A DNA stretch of 64,000 nucleotides, taken from Eledone cirrhosa (Eukaryota). Location: positions 272,552,001 through 272,616,000 of the forward strand of contig OZ024740.1 of NCBI GenBank assembly GCA_964016885.1. The letters are read 5' to 3'. Under the pieces are notes generated by a model. The model searched no databases. It had not been told where the DNA came from and saw only the letters and a list, made by a program, of their open reading frames with translations. The first letter of the stretch is position 1. Each line of letters opens with the position of its first letter. The translations under genes and the position numbers were made by a program. Positions 43,440 to 57,981 of this stretch are shown here, piece after piece.

Positions 43440-45395
43440 CAATTATTTCTACTTTTGGCACAAGCCCAGCAATTATATATCAGTGTATTACTGGTACTTT
43501 ATTTTATCGACCCCGTAAGGATGAAAAGCAAAGTTAACCTCGGCGGGATTTGAACTCAGAACACAAAGGGCCAAAACTCTATGCTGCATAGCATGGTGTC
43601 TGACGCTCTACCGATACTGTACCTATCCACTCTTTTTATTAATAACTGCATTGTTTCTTTACAGTCACTATGTTCACAAATAAACTTCATTTATACTGCC
43701 AATCCACCGCCCTAAAAATAAAACTTAAAATAATTGTTTCTACTTTTGGCATAAGGCCTGCAATTACTCAGTACATTACTGGTACTTTATTTTATCGACC
43801 CCGTAAGGATGAAAGGCAAAGTTAACCTCGACTGGATTTGAACTCAGAATGGCAAGGGCCGTAACTCTATGCGTCAAAGCATGGCGTCCGACCCTCCACC
43901 GATACTGCCAATCAAAATAATAATTGTTTCTACTTTTGGCACAAGGCCAGCAATTACCCAGTGTATTACTGGTACTTTATTTTATCGACCCCGTAAGAAT
44001 GAAAGGCAAAGTTAACCTCGACTGGATTTGAACTCAGAATGGCAAGGGCTGTAACTCTATGCGTCAAAGCATGGCGTCCGACCCTCCACCGATACTGCCA
44101 ATCAAAATAATAATTGTTTCTACTTTTGGCACAAGGCCAGCAATTACCCAGTGTATTACTGGTACTTTATTTTATCGACCCCGTAAGGATGAAAGGCAAA
44201 GTTAACCTCGACTGGATTTGAACTCAGAATGGCAAGGGCCGTAACTCTATACGTCAAAGCATGGCGTCCGACCCTCCACCGATACTGCCAATCAAAATAA
44301 TAATTGTTTCTACTTTTGGCACAAGGCCAGCAATTACCCAGTGTATTACTGGTACTTTATTTTATCGACCCCGTAAGGATGAAAGGCAAAGTTAACCTCG
44401 ACTGGATTTGAACTCAGAATGGCAAGGGCCGTAACTCTATGCGTCAAAGCATGGCGTCCGACCCTCCACCGATACTGCCAATCAAAATAATAATTGTTTC
44501 TACTTTTGGCACAAGGCCAGCAATTACCCAGTGTATTACTGGTACTTTATTTTATCGACCCCGTAAGGATGAAAGGCAAAGTTAACCTCGACTGGATTTG
44601 AACTCAGAATGGCAAGGGCCGTAACTCTATGCGTCAAAGCATGGCGTCCGACCCTCCACCGATACTGCCAATCAAAATAATAATTGTTTCTACTTTTGGC
44701 ACAAGGCCAGCAATTACCCAGTGCATTACTGGTACTTTATTTTATCGACCCCGTAAGGATGAAAGGCAAAGTTAACCTTGGCGGGATTTGAACTCAGATC
44801 ATAAAGGGAGGTAACTCTATGCTTCAAAGCATGGCGTCCGACCCTCTACCGATACTGCCAATCCACCGCCCTCTTTAACATTATACCAAACAAATAATTG
44901 TTTCTACTTTAGGCACAAGGCCAGCAATAACCCAGTGCATTACTGGTACTTCATTTTATTGACCCCGTAAGGATGAAAGGCAAAGTCAACCTCAGATCGT
45001 AAAGGGACGTAACTATGACGGAAAGTATGGCGTCCGACCCTCTACCGATACTGCCAATCCACCGAAACAAATAATATTGAGGAAAGACAGATGTCAAAAA
45101 TAGTCGTTGAGATGTAGAGTTGTTCGTTTGTTGAATACAAATAATGTCTTGAAAAATCATTGACATTATATCTCGCCGAGGTTAACTTTGCCTTTCATCC
45201 TTACGGGGTCGATAAAATAAAGTACCAGTAATACACTGGGCAATTGCTGGCCTTGTGCCAAAAGTAGAAACAATTATTAAAGGGAACAGAACATACATGG
45301 TGGTGGATTGGCAGGATCGGTAGAGCGTCAGACACCATGCTTTGAAACATAGAGTAATGGCCCTTTACGTTCTGAGTTCAAATCCCACCGTGAAA
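43440..45395 (-). mobile_element. SINE family 1 cluster including a 6x190-bp tandem array (43731-44870); partial plus-strand copies at 45172-45395
   Basis: TAATTGTTTCTACTTTTGGC recurs at 43731, 43921, 44111, 44301, 44491 and 44681. Confidence 0.92.
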
Positions 45396-45442
45396 GGCAA
45401 AAATATATTTCTTCTTGCTTTGTTATTTCTGTCTGCCTTTTG

Positions 45443-45505
<63 letters not shown>

Positions 45506-45824
45506 TTTTACTTGTTCCAGTCATCCAGCTCAGGCCACGCTAGGGCGGTGAAAGCATTTCTGAATGAGGGAGATGGGTAAAATGTGGACATTTTATTTGA
45601 AGTGATTAGTTTAGCTCTTTACGATCTAAAATGATGGGAAAACGCCGATATACGATATTGCCAATTTGGGGAGAAAATATAATTATGGAAGGGGCATACC
45701 CCCCACCCAGTTCCACCGCCAATGTATATATATAATTACGCTTTGTGCCCTTTTCTAAGGGGTTAATATATCAAGTTTCTTCGCATTTGGTAAGAAACTA
45801 GTATTATACATAATTTATTAATCT

Positions 45825-45865
<41 letters not shown>

Positions 45866-46620
45866 TCATTTATTATGGCTGTTGGTGAGCTTTGTTACTC
45901 TAAAGTGTAACCTGCGTACTCACAGGATCACCAGGCATGTCTGATGATTCTGTGAGTACGCCGGTGAGACCCCAGATGAACAAGTCTTAGCCATAATAAA
46001 TGAATATTTGAACTCTATTTTGGTATTTAAACTCTATTTTGGAGTTTTCATTCTTGCGTCCGTCAATAATTCACGTACCCTCAGGTCTTGAATAATCGAC
46101 CCCACCCCCCGCTTATTAATTTGTCAGAATTTTTCCAACACACACACCCCGGTTTTTATTCATATTGATACAGGAAATGGAGAATATAATGATAATTTTA
46201 TTTTACATAAAAAAATTTTTTTTTTATAATACATAAGAAGTACATTACAAGAAATCCCATATTTACGAACGTCCACTATACAATTACTGATTTCCCAAGC
46301 CCCCTCCCCATTATTACCAGTCCTAATATTTGAGACCTACTAAATAATTGAGATCTACTAAAACCAAACTCTAACTCTCTTTATATCTACCACGACACCA
46401 TCTCCCTTATCCCGCTCAACGCCTTGAAGCTGGAATATAGTATATGCAACCATAATTCTATATACTGTTCCCTATCTCGAACATTTTGCTTTTCTTCTTA
46501 GAGAAATTTATGTGGACATAATGCGTTCGAAACATCAGTGATCCATAGATCAGCTGATGAGCAGGAATTGTCCCTGTGTTTATGTTTGTGTTTCTCTTAC
46601 GTTTTCTAAATTATATATAT

Positions 46621-47037
<417 letters not shown>

Positions 47038-47041
<4 letters not shown>

Positions 47042-47232
47042 AGAAAAACCACAAACCCTCCATCTCAATTCTACTTTTGAAAAGCACAAGAACTGCGAAA
47101 CCGGTAAAGGAACCAAATAAATATTCTTAAAAAGACTCCAGTTGCATTTTCGATTTCATCTTTTTTCCTTATACTTTCACTCGTATAGGACATCTCGTTT
47201 TTTTTTCATTTTGTAAAACAAAACCTCATTTT
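47038..47232 (+). mobile_element. Solo terminal fragment of the 31256 PLE family with variant HHR (47074-47109)
   Basis: CTT-TTGAAAA-GCA caagaac TGC-GAAA-CCGG-TA-AAG followed by AATAAA; flanked by TA repeats. Confidence 0.65.
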
Positions 47233-47278
47233 ATAATATATATATATATAAGAGCCACCCTAATATATATATATATTA

Positions 47279-47611
47279 GGGTGGCTTTTATTTTTCACAT
47301 TTCTAAAAGTTTAGTTCCCACCCCCCTATCTTATTTCAATTAACACAACTCCACTCTATGCAAAACTTTACCTCAAGCGGATAACTGCAAGGCGACCCTC
47401 ATCGACCGTGAAACTTTGAAGTTTTCGCCCGGAAAGTAATTTTTTAAGAAAAAATTTCTTGGTATTAGAAGGATAAGTGACAATAAATATAATGGGAAAG
47501 GCAACTTGCAAAGCTGGGGACAGAGTGCAGGTATAGGACAAACACCTATTTTTCGCTGTGGGAGCAGCAACATTTTAACTTTCGGAAAATTACCTGTTGT
47601 TAAAGGCCACC

Positions 47612-47612
<1 letters not shown>
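47279..47612. mobile_element. MITE-like element with GGGTGGC...GCCACCC termini
   Basis: Short TIRs. The right end matches 51063-51113 (GGAGCAGCA..TTCGGAAAATTACCT..GGCCACC). Confidence 0.55.
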
Positions 47613-47658
<46 letters not shown>

Positions 47659-47687
47659 ATATGTGGTTGACAGCTGAGAGAAATGAG

Positions 47688-47767
<80 letters not shown>

Positions 47768-47775
<8 letters not shown>

Positions 47776-48932
47776 AGATCAAAAGATGGTTAAAAGAGTT
47801 CCAAGTATTTTATTATGCGCATTTCAAAAACAAATATCATCATGGGATGATATCTGCGTTCTTCTCAGATAAAATAGGGATACATGATATGAAGCTTAAA
47901 AAACACTTGTGAATAGTGAAGTTTTAAATCAACATATGAAAAATAATTTAAGATTGATGTATGAGATTGGGAAAAAGTGAGGGGGGTGGGGGTGGAAAAG
48001 GTAAGGAAGAGGAGGCGATGAGAGAATGATGGGGGAGGAGTATAAGAAGGAAGGATGAGAGAGGAGGAGAGATGGATGATAGAGATGCTCGTTTGACTTT
48101 TACATAAAAACAAACTTAAACCCTAACTAATTTCTTTTAATATATTATATTATTACCATTAGAAAATATTTCGTAAACATATATATTTTTTGATATTTGA
48201 TATTTTCTTCCTTAAACATTATTTTCTTCTTTGCCTTCTGCGCTCATTTTTAAATAAACTATTTACGTACACATATTACATTATATAAAAACAAACTTAA
48301 ACCCTAACTAATTCCTCTAAATTCATAACTCATTCATTCTTCTCCTTCTTTTCACATTATATCCTTAATAACATTAATATTTTTATTTTAATAATACATA
48401 TTAATAATTTCTTTTCCTCGCACATATTATTAAACCCTTCAATATACAAACCTTAATTTAATTTATTCTTAATTCCTTTTTCTCTTCATGCATAAACCTC
48501 ATTAACTTTTAATTTCAAATTCTATAAATTATCTATTATCTTCCAACGGCTTTTTAATTTCTCTCTGTGAGACAATATATATTTTTTTCTCAGTTGTAAA
48601 GGCTATATCTCTCTCTCTATCACCCATCTCTCCTCCTCTCTCATCCTTCCTTCTTATACTCCTCCCTCACCATTCTTTACTCTCATCTCCTCCTCTTCCT
48701 TAGCTTTTCCAACACCCCCTCACTTTTTCCCTATCTCATACATCAATCTTAAATTATTTTTCATATGTTGATTTAAAACTTCACTATTCACAAGTGTTTT
48801 TTAAGCTTCATATCATGTATCCCTATTTTATCTGATGAGAACGCAGATATCATCCCATGATGATATTTGTTTTTGAAATGCGCATAATAAAATACTTGGA
48901 ACTCTTTTAACCATCTTTTGATCTTATATTAT
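47768..48932. mobile_element. Non-coding element with ~310-bp inverted arms, each with an HHR
   Basis: 47768-48080 is the reverse complement of ~48620-48932; AT-rich spacer. Confidence 0.85.
48824..48894 (+). ncRNA. Type I hammerhead ribozyme (intact); twin at 47806-47876 (-) has core CTGAGAA
   Basis: TATTTTAT-CTGATGA-gaacgcagatatcatc cca tgatgatatttgttttt-GAAA-TGCGCA-TA-ATAAAATA. Confidence 0.88.
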
Positions 48933-49039
48933 TTATACTCCAGTCCTACAAATTGTAGAGTGCTACTTATCCGATATTTGCATTGCTTTATTGTGCTACA
49001 ATAAAACTCACCTCCTACACACACACATATATATATATA

Positions 49040-49642
49040 TATAAAACATAAGAAGAAAGAAGAATACTGCGTGGTTGCACATGGGTTACATATGATAAAA
49101 TTAGTCCCTCGTCAGTGATTTGCCAACCATCATTGATATTTCATCGCATTAAAAATCATATACCTCAGGTTTGTGCGAGCAATAACTAAAAAAAGCTATT
49201 GGGACAGGTAAATCGGGTAAAGCGAGTGAGACAAGTAAACAACACAGAAGGATAAAAGCCAACCGAAGATAAGAAAACAAACAAGCAACATGATTATCCG
49301 GTCAGCATAAGCTGGGTGGATTTCATGAGCGATCAAGATACACACCGTCCGACGTGAGTGAAATGTGAGCAAGAAAAGACCCCACTACTAGCCAAACGGG
49401 AGGAAGTGAGAAGGGGAGAAACAGAGAGCGAGTGAGTGGAAGTGCGAGGAAGAGGTCAGTCGAGAGAAAGTGTAACTGACAGAGGGGGCGAAAGAAGGGG
49501 AGAGAAACAGAGAGAACGGGGAAGCAGAAAGAGAGAAACAGACAAACGCAGCCGAGGTAAATATGTATAAAAAACATGAGAAGAAAGAAGGATACTGCGT
49601 GGTTGCACATGAGTTACATATGATAAAAATAGTCCTTCGTCA

Positions 49643-49648
<6 letters not shown>
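49040..49648. mobile_element. ~530-bp unit with ~75-bp terminal direct repeat (family E); diverged inverted copy at ~51211-51760
   Basis: ATACTGCGTGGTTGCACATG.GTTACATATGATAAAA.TAGTCC.TCGTCAGTGAT at ~49064 and ~49592; TA-flanked. Confidence 0.7.
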
Positions 49649-49690
<42 letters not shown>

Positions 49691-49899
49691 TAAAAGGAAT
49701 TCCAACTTTGTCTGATTTACTCGTTTTATTTACAATCCTCTAAAATATATATATATATATATATATAAATATACACACACATATATATATGTATATATTA
49801 TATGTATATATATATATACTCTCCTTACTATCCTTGCTTTTATATTTCTCCTTGCTCTTCTTTTCTCATTGTATTTGTATATAAACAAGCACAGAGATA

Positions 49900-51114
49900 C
49901 AAGGAGAAAGAGAAAGCAAGTAGAGCAATGAGAAAAGGAGAGCAAGGAGTGCAATGAGAAAAGGAGAGCAATTAGGAAAGCAGAGCAAGGAGAACAATGG
50001 GAGCAAGGAGAAAAGGAGAGCAAGGAGATCAAGGAGAGCAAGGAGAGCAAGGAGAGGTTAAGGCAAATATTGCTCCAGTTATGCTGGAAGCAGACAAAGG
50101 TGAAGTAGAGGAAGAAGAAAATAATCAACTGAAGAGGTATATTCTGCACCAAAATGATTTTTCTTCCAAACATCAGGTTTCGTGTTTTGTAACTCCTGGT
50201 ACAAACATTTTCTTCACAAGATTTTCTATCAGCACCGATTTCTTCGACAAAGACACTTCAACATGGCAGGATGATGCTGGTTACAAAAGTGGACTTGAAA
50301 ACCTTGAGAAGACAGTTGTTGTGAATGATGTTGCAGAGCAGAAAGAGGTGTCAAACTCATTCAGGATTACAATAACATTCTCACAAAAGATGAAACTGAG
50401 AAACAATTTGTTTTACAGATCATTACCGAAAACCGTAAAACATACCTAACTACCACTAAAATTATGCAAACATAATTGTTTCTACTCTTGGCATAAGACC
50501 AGCAATTATCCCAGTATATTACTGGTACTTTATTTTATCGACCACGTAAGGATGAAAGGCAAAGTTAACCTCGGCGGGATTTGAACTCAGACCATAAAGA
50601 GCCGTAACTCTTTGCTATATATTGATATATATTGAACGATTGGCAGTATCGGTGGAGGGTCAGTGTTCAGTGTTCACATTATGTTTTTGATTCTATAGTA
50701 ATTATTGTTGTAAATAAAAATGCGTTTCTCTTATAGAAGTTGTGTGCTTTATTAAGAAAACCTAATATTTTAAACGTTTTTCATGCTATTTCAGGAATTT
50801 TTCAAATTAACTATTGGTCAATTTGATTCAGAAAGTTTTTAAACATTTGCTGGGGTTGCCTGGATGTGTCCACATACATTTCTCTAAGAAGAAAAAAGAA
50901 AAGGATCAAGATAGGGAACAGTATACCGCTTTTGAACAGAATTAATCGTTGCATGTACTATGTTCCAACTTCAAGGCGTTGGAGGGTCGCCTAACAGTTG
51001 TTCGATTCAGCTGATATTTTGCATCCACCCTGTGTTTGTTGATTGGAACAGGATTAAGTGGTGGGAGCAGCATTTTAAATTTCGGAAAATTACCTATTGC
51101 TATGGGCCACCTTA

Positions 51115-51115
<1 letters not shown>
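49900..51115 (+). mobile_element. DNA transposon remnant (C-terminal transposase-like fragment ~50140-50450 and right TIR), interrupted by a family 1 SINE at ~50473-50615
   Basis: FFTRFSISTDFFDKDTSTWQDDAGY...VVVNDVAE/..VKLIQDYNNILTKDETEKQFVLQII..NRK resembles the VVND.AER.VKL motif of invertebrate transposase-like proteins. Ends GGCCACCTTA. Superfamily not assigned. Confidence 0.55.
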
Positions 51116-51212
<97 letters not shown>

Positions 51213-51760
51213 CGTTCTTTGTATCTTTACCCTTTCTTGCAGTCTCTCTCTCTCTGTTAGCCTCTTCCTCAACTTTCACTCACTCATTCTCTGTCACCAC
51301 CTCTCCTCCCCTTCCTCCTCTTTCTTCCCGTTTGACCTGTCCGAATTCTTTTCTCGCGCGTTCTTGGCCAAGCCGGTATGAATTTTTTTTCTCTCTCTCT
51401 CTCTCGCCTGCGACTTCACAGAACTTATGTTTACCGAATTCGCAGACCAGACCCCTTCTTCCTCCCGTTAGACCTGTGCGAAATTCCTTCCTTGCTCACA
51501 TTTCAACCAGGTTTGATGGTCTTTAGTCTCTCGTTCACGATTTCACCGAGTTTATATTCATAGAAATCTGGGACTTGTCTCTTTCTTCTCACTTTCTGTT
51601 GCTTAAACCATTTTGTTTGTTCACCCCAGCGTCCCCTTTATTTACGTGTCCCAACGACTTTTTTTAGCCGTTGTTCGCACCAACCTGAGGTATATGACCT
51701 TTAAAGTGATGAAATGCCTAGGACGGTTGGAAGGCCACTGATGAAGGACTTACTTTTTCA

Positions 51761-51868
<108 letters not shown>

Positions 51869-52020
51869 AAATATATATATATGTATATATGTTACACATA
51901 TATGTATGTGTGCATGGTGATATGTGTTACGAGGAATGAATTTAGTGACTATACACACCTATGTCTATACGCCTCAATATAGTTTATGTATACATACATA
52001 CATACATATATATATATATA

Positions 52021-52714
52021 TTAGAATTGGTGCTCTGAAATAGCGATATATATATGAATGTATATATAGTGTATTTTGCAATACACTGTATGCTTAATTA
52101 AAAGCACTTTGAAGACCTTACGCTATTGTTTTAGAGTAGTAACAGTCTCACTTACTTTAAATTTTCAGCAAACAGGGGGAGATAAAGCTGACAGAGCTCT
52201 GTTTCGTACTTGTTGGTACTTATCAAAGCTAACTACTCCACCTGTTTGTTGAAAATCATGAATGTTTGATTGTTATAGAATTCTAGTAATAATCAGGAAC
52301 TGATTATACAGAGCGGTTGCCGGTCAAGTAGAAATTGAAAATTAGAATACACTATATATACATTCATATATATATCGCTATTTCAGAGCACCAATTCTAA
52401 TTTTCAATTTCTACTTGACCGGCAACCGCTCTGTATAATCAGTTCCTGATTATTACTAGAATTCTATAACAATCAAACATTCATGATTTTCAGCAAACAG
52501 GGGAGTAATTAGCTTTGATAAGTACCAAATAGTACGAAACAGAGCTCTGTCAGCATTATCTCCCCGTGTTTGCTGAAAATTTAAAGTAAGTGAGACTGTC
52601 ACTACTCTAAAACAATAGCGTAAGGTCTTCAAAATGCTTTTAATTAAGCATACAGTGTATTGCAAAATAAAGTATATATACATTCATATATATATCGCTA
52701 TTTCAGAGCACCAA

Positions 52715-52720
<6 letters not shown>
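52021..52720. repeat. ~330-bp inverted duplication with internally repeated terminus, TA-embedded
   Basis: 52021-52345 is mirrored at 52398-52720. The terminal TAGAATTGGTGCTCTGAAATAGCG segment is also mirrored at 52352-52400. Confidence 0.85.
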
Positions 52721-52812
<92 letters not shown>

Positions 52813-52924
52813 TACACACACTCACACATATATATATATATGCATACATATATGCATACATATATATATATACATATATATATACATACATATATGCATA
52901 CATATATATGCATACATATATATG

Positions 52925-53006
<82 letters not shown>

Positions 53007-53134
53007 TAAGTTATTCCGGGTTGAATCGGAGGTAACCACAGTAAGTAAGGTACTCAATACATAGCAGAGTATAACAGTTTTAATATAGATGAGATTCTAC
53101 AGAACTAGAACTGTTTCATTCTCGAGAAATCATC

Positions 53135-53185
53135 AGATTCCTGATGATTTCTCAAGAATGAAACAGTTCTAGTCCTGTAGAATCT
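53135..53185 (+). ncRNA. Type I hammerhead ribozyme in family B palindrome (53004-53201)
   Basis: AGATTC-CTGATGA-tttc tcaa gaat-GAAA-CAG ttctagtc CTG-TA-GAATCT; GUA triplet. Confidence 0.8.
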
Positions 53186-53197
53186 CATCTATATTAA

Positions 53198-53239
<42 letters not shown>

Positions 53240-53508
53240 TGTTTCAAGTATCACATCGAAGCTGTAGCTGCAATGACGCAACCCAAGTCGATTTATTTGA
53301 TGCGTGAAATGAATTAATTCCTCTATCAGAGTGAACACATTAAACACATTATTCGAGAGAATCACCATGGATATTATATATAGACCGGGTGTGTACCAGC
53401 TATAGTTTATAACAAAGACAAATATAACGACGAATAACCAAAGGGAAAAGAATTATATATATACATTATATATATATATATATATACATAACATATACAT
53501 ACATATAT

Positions 53509-53664
<156 letters not shown>

Positions 53665-53810
53665 ATACTTTGGAAGGGTCATGTTGCCAATAAGAAACAC
53701 ACGCACCAGTTGCGTTCACTTCAATTTATTATAATAAATTTATAAATTTAGGAATTTCTAAATTTCCGGTTGGTTGGTTGGTTCCACAACCAGATGGTTG
53801 TTTATATATT

Positions 53811-53853
53811 GTCAAAGTACTTTCGTCACACATTCTGTGACCGCTTCAGTGAC
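53811..53853 (-). ncRNA. Hammerhead motif with A9C variant
   Basis: Reverse complement: GTCA-CTGAAGC-ggtcaca gaatg tgtgac-GAAA-GTAC-TT-TGAC. Confidence 0.55.
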
Positions 53854-53891
53854 TGGGGATTCTTTTCTTTGTTTTTTGTGCCTCAGAAACG

Positions 53892-53964
<73 letters not shown>

Positions 53965-54135
53965 CATATATATATATACATATATATATATTCTTATAAT
54001 ATTGCCGGAAATAATAACAGAACACACTCGCTGTTTGGTTTGGGTTGGTTTTCGCTTCTGTATCTTTTATATCTCCAAAGTTAATTTATTTTGCAATCAT
54101 TGTATATCATTGATTGACCAACGGTTAAAAAATAC

Positions 54136-54214
<79 letters not shown>

Positions 54215-54512
54215 ATGATAGTTATTTCGTCACACATCTGTGGCATCATCAGTGGTACTATTATCTTTCCTCCCGTTGTATTGTGAAGCCTACGCCATTT
54301 TTATTTAATTAATTAATTTATTTATTCTTGTCTCTGTCTCTGCGCATATGTCTGCGTCTGTGTTTAATGTTTAAAGGGAAATATAAATAAATATAAATAA
54401 ATATAAATAAATAAATATATACACAAGTACAATAGAACCATACTCTACTAACCTAAGTATCGAGTACTCTTATGAGTAATGTTCTTACCAGGTTTAAATT
54501 GAATCTATCCTG

Positions 54513-54560
<48 letters not shown>

Positions 54561-55154
54561 GTATATATGGGGTATCCATGTGTTGTTGAGAGCCGTGTAT
54601 TCTCAATTTTTAATCTCGGACAGTTTGTCTCGGACAGTCACAGTTCTGATGATCATAGTTTTGTTAATGTTTCCATACTCTCACGTTGTTATACATTTAT
54701 CACCATTTATTGAGGGCTTCTACTTTCTAGAGCTACAACGCAACCCAGTACAACCTGCTTCATGCTCGAGTAGTCAGTGACTAAATCGGCTATTTCCGGC
54801 AAGACTCTGGTCTGTGGAGGAGTGTGAGGAGAACCCCATTATTACAAAACAAACAAACAAAAAACAAGAGCTGTTAAAAGGGTGGATGAACTCCTCAGAT
54901 TCAACGGTCAGCCACACCAACTATGGCTTAATTATCCTCCTGAACATGCAATTGCCCATGGATGGTGAGTATAGTTATACACTTAACATGCCCAACACCA
55001 TACAGAAAGTAGTAGATATCAACCATGGAGGGGTTACTACAACAGGAGTGAGACGGCCCTGGATTGGATTGGATTAATAAAAGCATATATATTTCATGAC
55101 GTAATATACAGTTCTTTCTACGTTAACAATTTATAACTATCACGATGCAATCCT

Positions 55155-55763
55155 CTACCTACTGTCCAGCCGCCACAATGCCGGCCGCCTTCCATGCCAT
55201 GCTCTCAACGGGGTCACAAAGCATGGCTTTAATGTTGCAGGATTCCCCTCCCAGCTCGAGCCGGTGGGGATGGACCGAGGAGACGACAAAAGGCCAGACA
55301 GCATGACCATTTTCCCGTATTGCAGTGGTAAACTACGCATCTGGGATGCAAGATACAGTGACACATTCTCCAGCGGCAACCTGGTTCAGTCTGGGACTAA
55401 CCAAGGTTCTGCTGCACTTAAGGCTGAGGATGGTAAACTCTCCAAATATCGGTTGCTCTCCGACAATTTTGCAATCGAGAAGACCGTAGTAGTAGAGACG
55501 TCTGGTGTCCTTGGCTCTAGGGCCACCTCCCTACTCACCACCCACAGGAGTGAGCCTCTCGACTTGGAATGGCTCTTGCAGTGCATCTCTCAGACCATGC
55601 TCCGGGGAAACGCCTTCTCTAATTTGTCCGTCGAGAGATAGAGAGAGCGAGAGATGCGGAGGCAGTGACAGTGGGAGTTTGATTCCTCTTTGTTCGGACC
55701 GGGTGTATATGCGTGTGACTGATTAATAAAATCATTCGCTAAGTAGAAAAAAAAAAAAAAAAA
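55155..55763 (+). mobile_element. 3' end of an RLE-bearing (CRE-like) non-LTR retrotransposon with poly(A)
   Basis: RPDSMTIFPYCSGKLRIWDARYSDTF...AEDGKLSKY...VETSGVLG...LLQCISQTMLRGNA; AATAAA at ~55724, then an A-run at 55747-55763. Confidence 0.8.
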
Positions 55764-56177
55764 TGTTAAAGAAACTTATCTTTGTATAAGAGTTCTAAAT
55801 TCCACATAGCCACAAAAATCATATCTCGTTCAGACAAGACTTATATAATATTGCAAGACATGGTAAGTGATAAAACTGTGGACAACTGGAAGGACTTCAC
55901 CACATTTCGCTTCGTCGAAACCTTCGTGTTCAGGCCTTAGAGTTTGCTTCAAATTTCCTTAATTTATCGTCACTTGCGGATGAATGACTCCTCCATACAT
56001 CTGGTTATGCAATCTTTGAACCACCAGGTAAAGTCATACGTGATGTGAATCCTCAGAGCTCTTGCGTCTATATTCCATAAACGGCGTTTAACTAGAATTC
56101 TTTAATTTTCTAACATTTTACTTTTTTCACTATATATATATAAATGTATATATATATATATAAATATATATATATGC

Positions 56178-56212
<35 letters not shown>

Positions 56213-56223
56213 ATATATATTTT

Positions 56224-56274
<51 letters not shown>

Positions 56275-56866
56275 TATATAGATTTAGAATAGTCATGAAT
56301 ATCTATGACCAATTTAAATTGAAAATCCTTACGAAAACCTTTTAAACATGGTGAGACTTTAATTTTCTTTTATTATGAGTGCAGTATTTAAACACAAATT
56401 TAGTGTTTTCCGGGATTTTTTCCAAAATTTAATAGTTTAATCTACAATGTTAACATGTTTTGTGCTGTTATTTTCCTTAGTTTCTCATGTGATGGGTAGA
56501 TATAGTTGTAAAAAGATATTTTGCATTCGTGTTAAATGTGTTCTTCCTATGATAGCTTCGCTAGAGCTGGAAATATACGGTTTATGATGTAGTAACAGAG
56601 TGGAGAGAGGAATGTATATTAGAAAATAACATCACACATGAGATAAACGCAAACACACACAAATATACGCACACACACGTACATTTATAGATGTATATAA
56701 ACACACATCACATAAACACAGACACACATATATATATATATTACATATATATGTGTGTGTGTATATTTTGCTCTCTTTCTCTCTCTCTCTCTCTCTCTGT
56801 ATTTATATATATATATATATGTGTGTGTGTATGTATATATGTATATATACATATATATACATATAC

Positions 56867-56935
<69 letters not shown>

Positions 56936-56966
56936 ATATAATATATATATATACATATACACACAC

Positions 56967-57045
<79 letters not shown>

Positions 57046-57198
57046 CATACATACATATATATATATACATACACACACACATATATACACACACACACAC
57101 ACGCACACATACACATACACACACACACACACAGAAACATTCACACACAAACATTAACAGGAAAATAGGCCCATTTTGACATACACACAAGCATAGAA

Positions 57199-57299
<101 letters not shown>

Positions 57300-57693
57300 A
57301 CACACACGATTGAAATTAATAGAGTGAGAAAATGAGAGAGAATTTGTGTTTCAGAGAACGGAGAGTTAAGCAGGAGAGATATAGAATGATGAGGAATGGG
57401 AAATCTTTTGTTGAGAAACACGGAAAAATTTACAAGTTAAATATTTTTCATTAAAGTAATCAGCATGTAGTTTCCGGTGACGAGAAACAGCGAGCGAAAA
57501 CTGAAAACACACACATATTCATACACATACATACACGGTTATGGATATATATATATATATATATATATGTATACACATACACACTCCCTTACATACTCAC
57601 ACACATACATACATACACACAGACACACACGCACATATATATATATATACACGCACATATATATTTATAATTAAATATATATGTACACACTCA

Positions 57694-57754
<61 letters not shown>

Positions 57755-57941
57755 ATATATATCTATCTATACATCTATATAGGTATGTATGTATGTATAT
57801 ATATATGTATATATATATATATATATTTATTTATGTGTTTAACAACGTATGTGTGTGTATATATGTATATATACACATATATGTATATATGTATATATGC
57901 ATATATGTGTATATATATACATATGTATATATATATATTTT

Positions 57942-57981
<40 letters not shown>

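Noticed and set aside
46525-46580. Type II hammerhead (GAAA before CTGATGA)
   Set aside because: The NUH triplet and stems do not pair convincingly.
49960-50060. Collagen-like GEQ repeats
   Set aside because: A short 9-bp AAGGAGAGC tandem repeat inside a transposon remnant.
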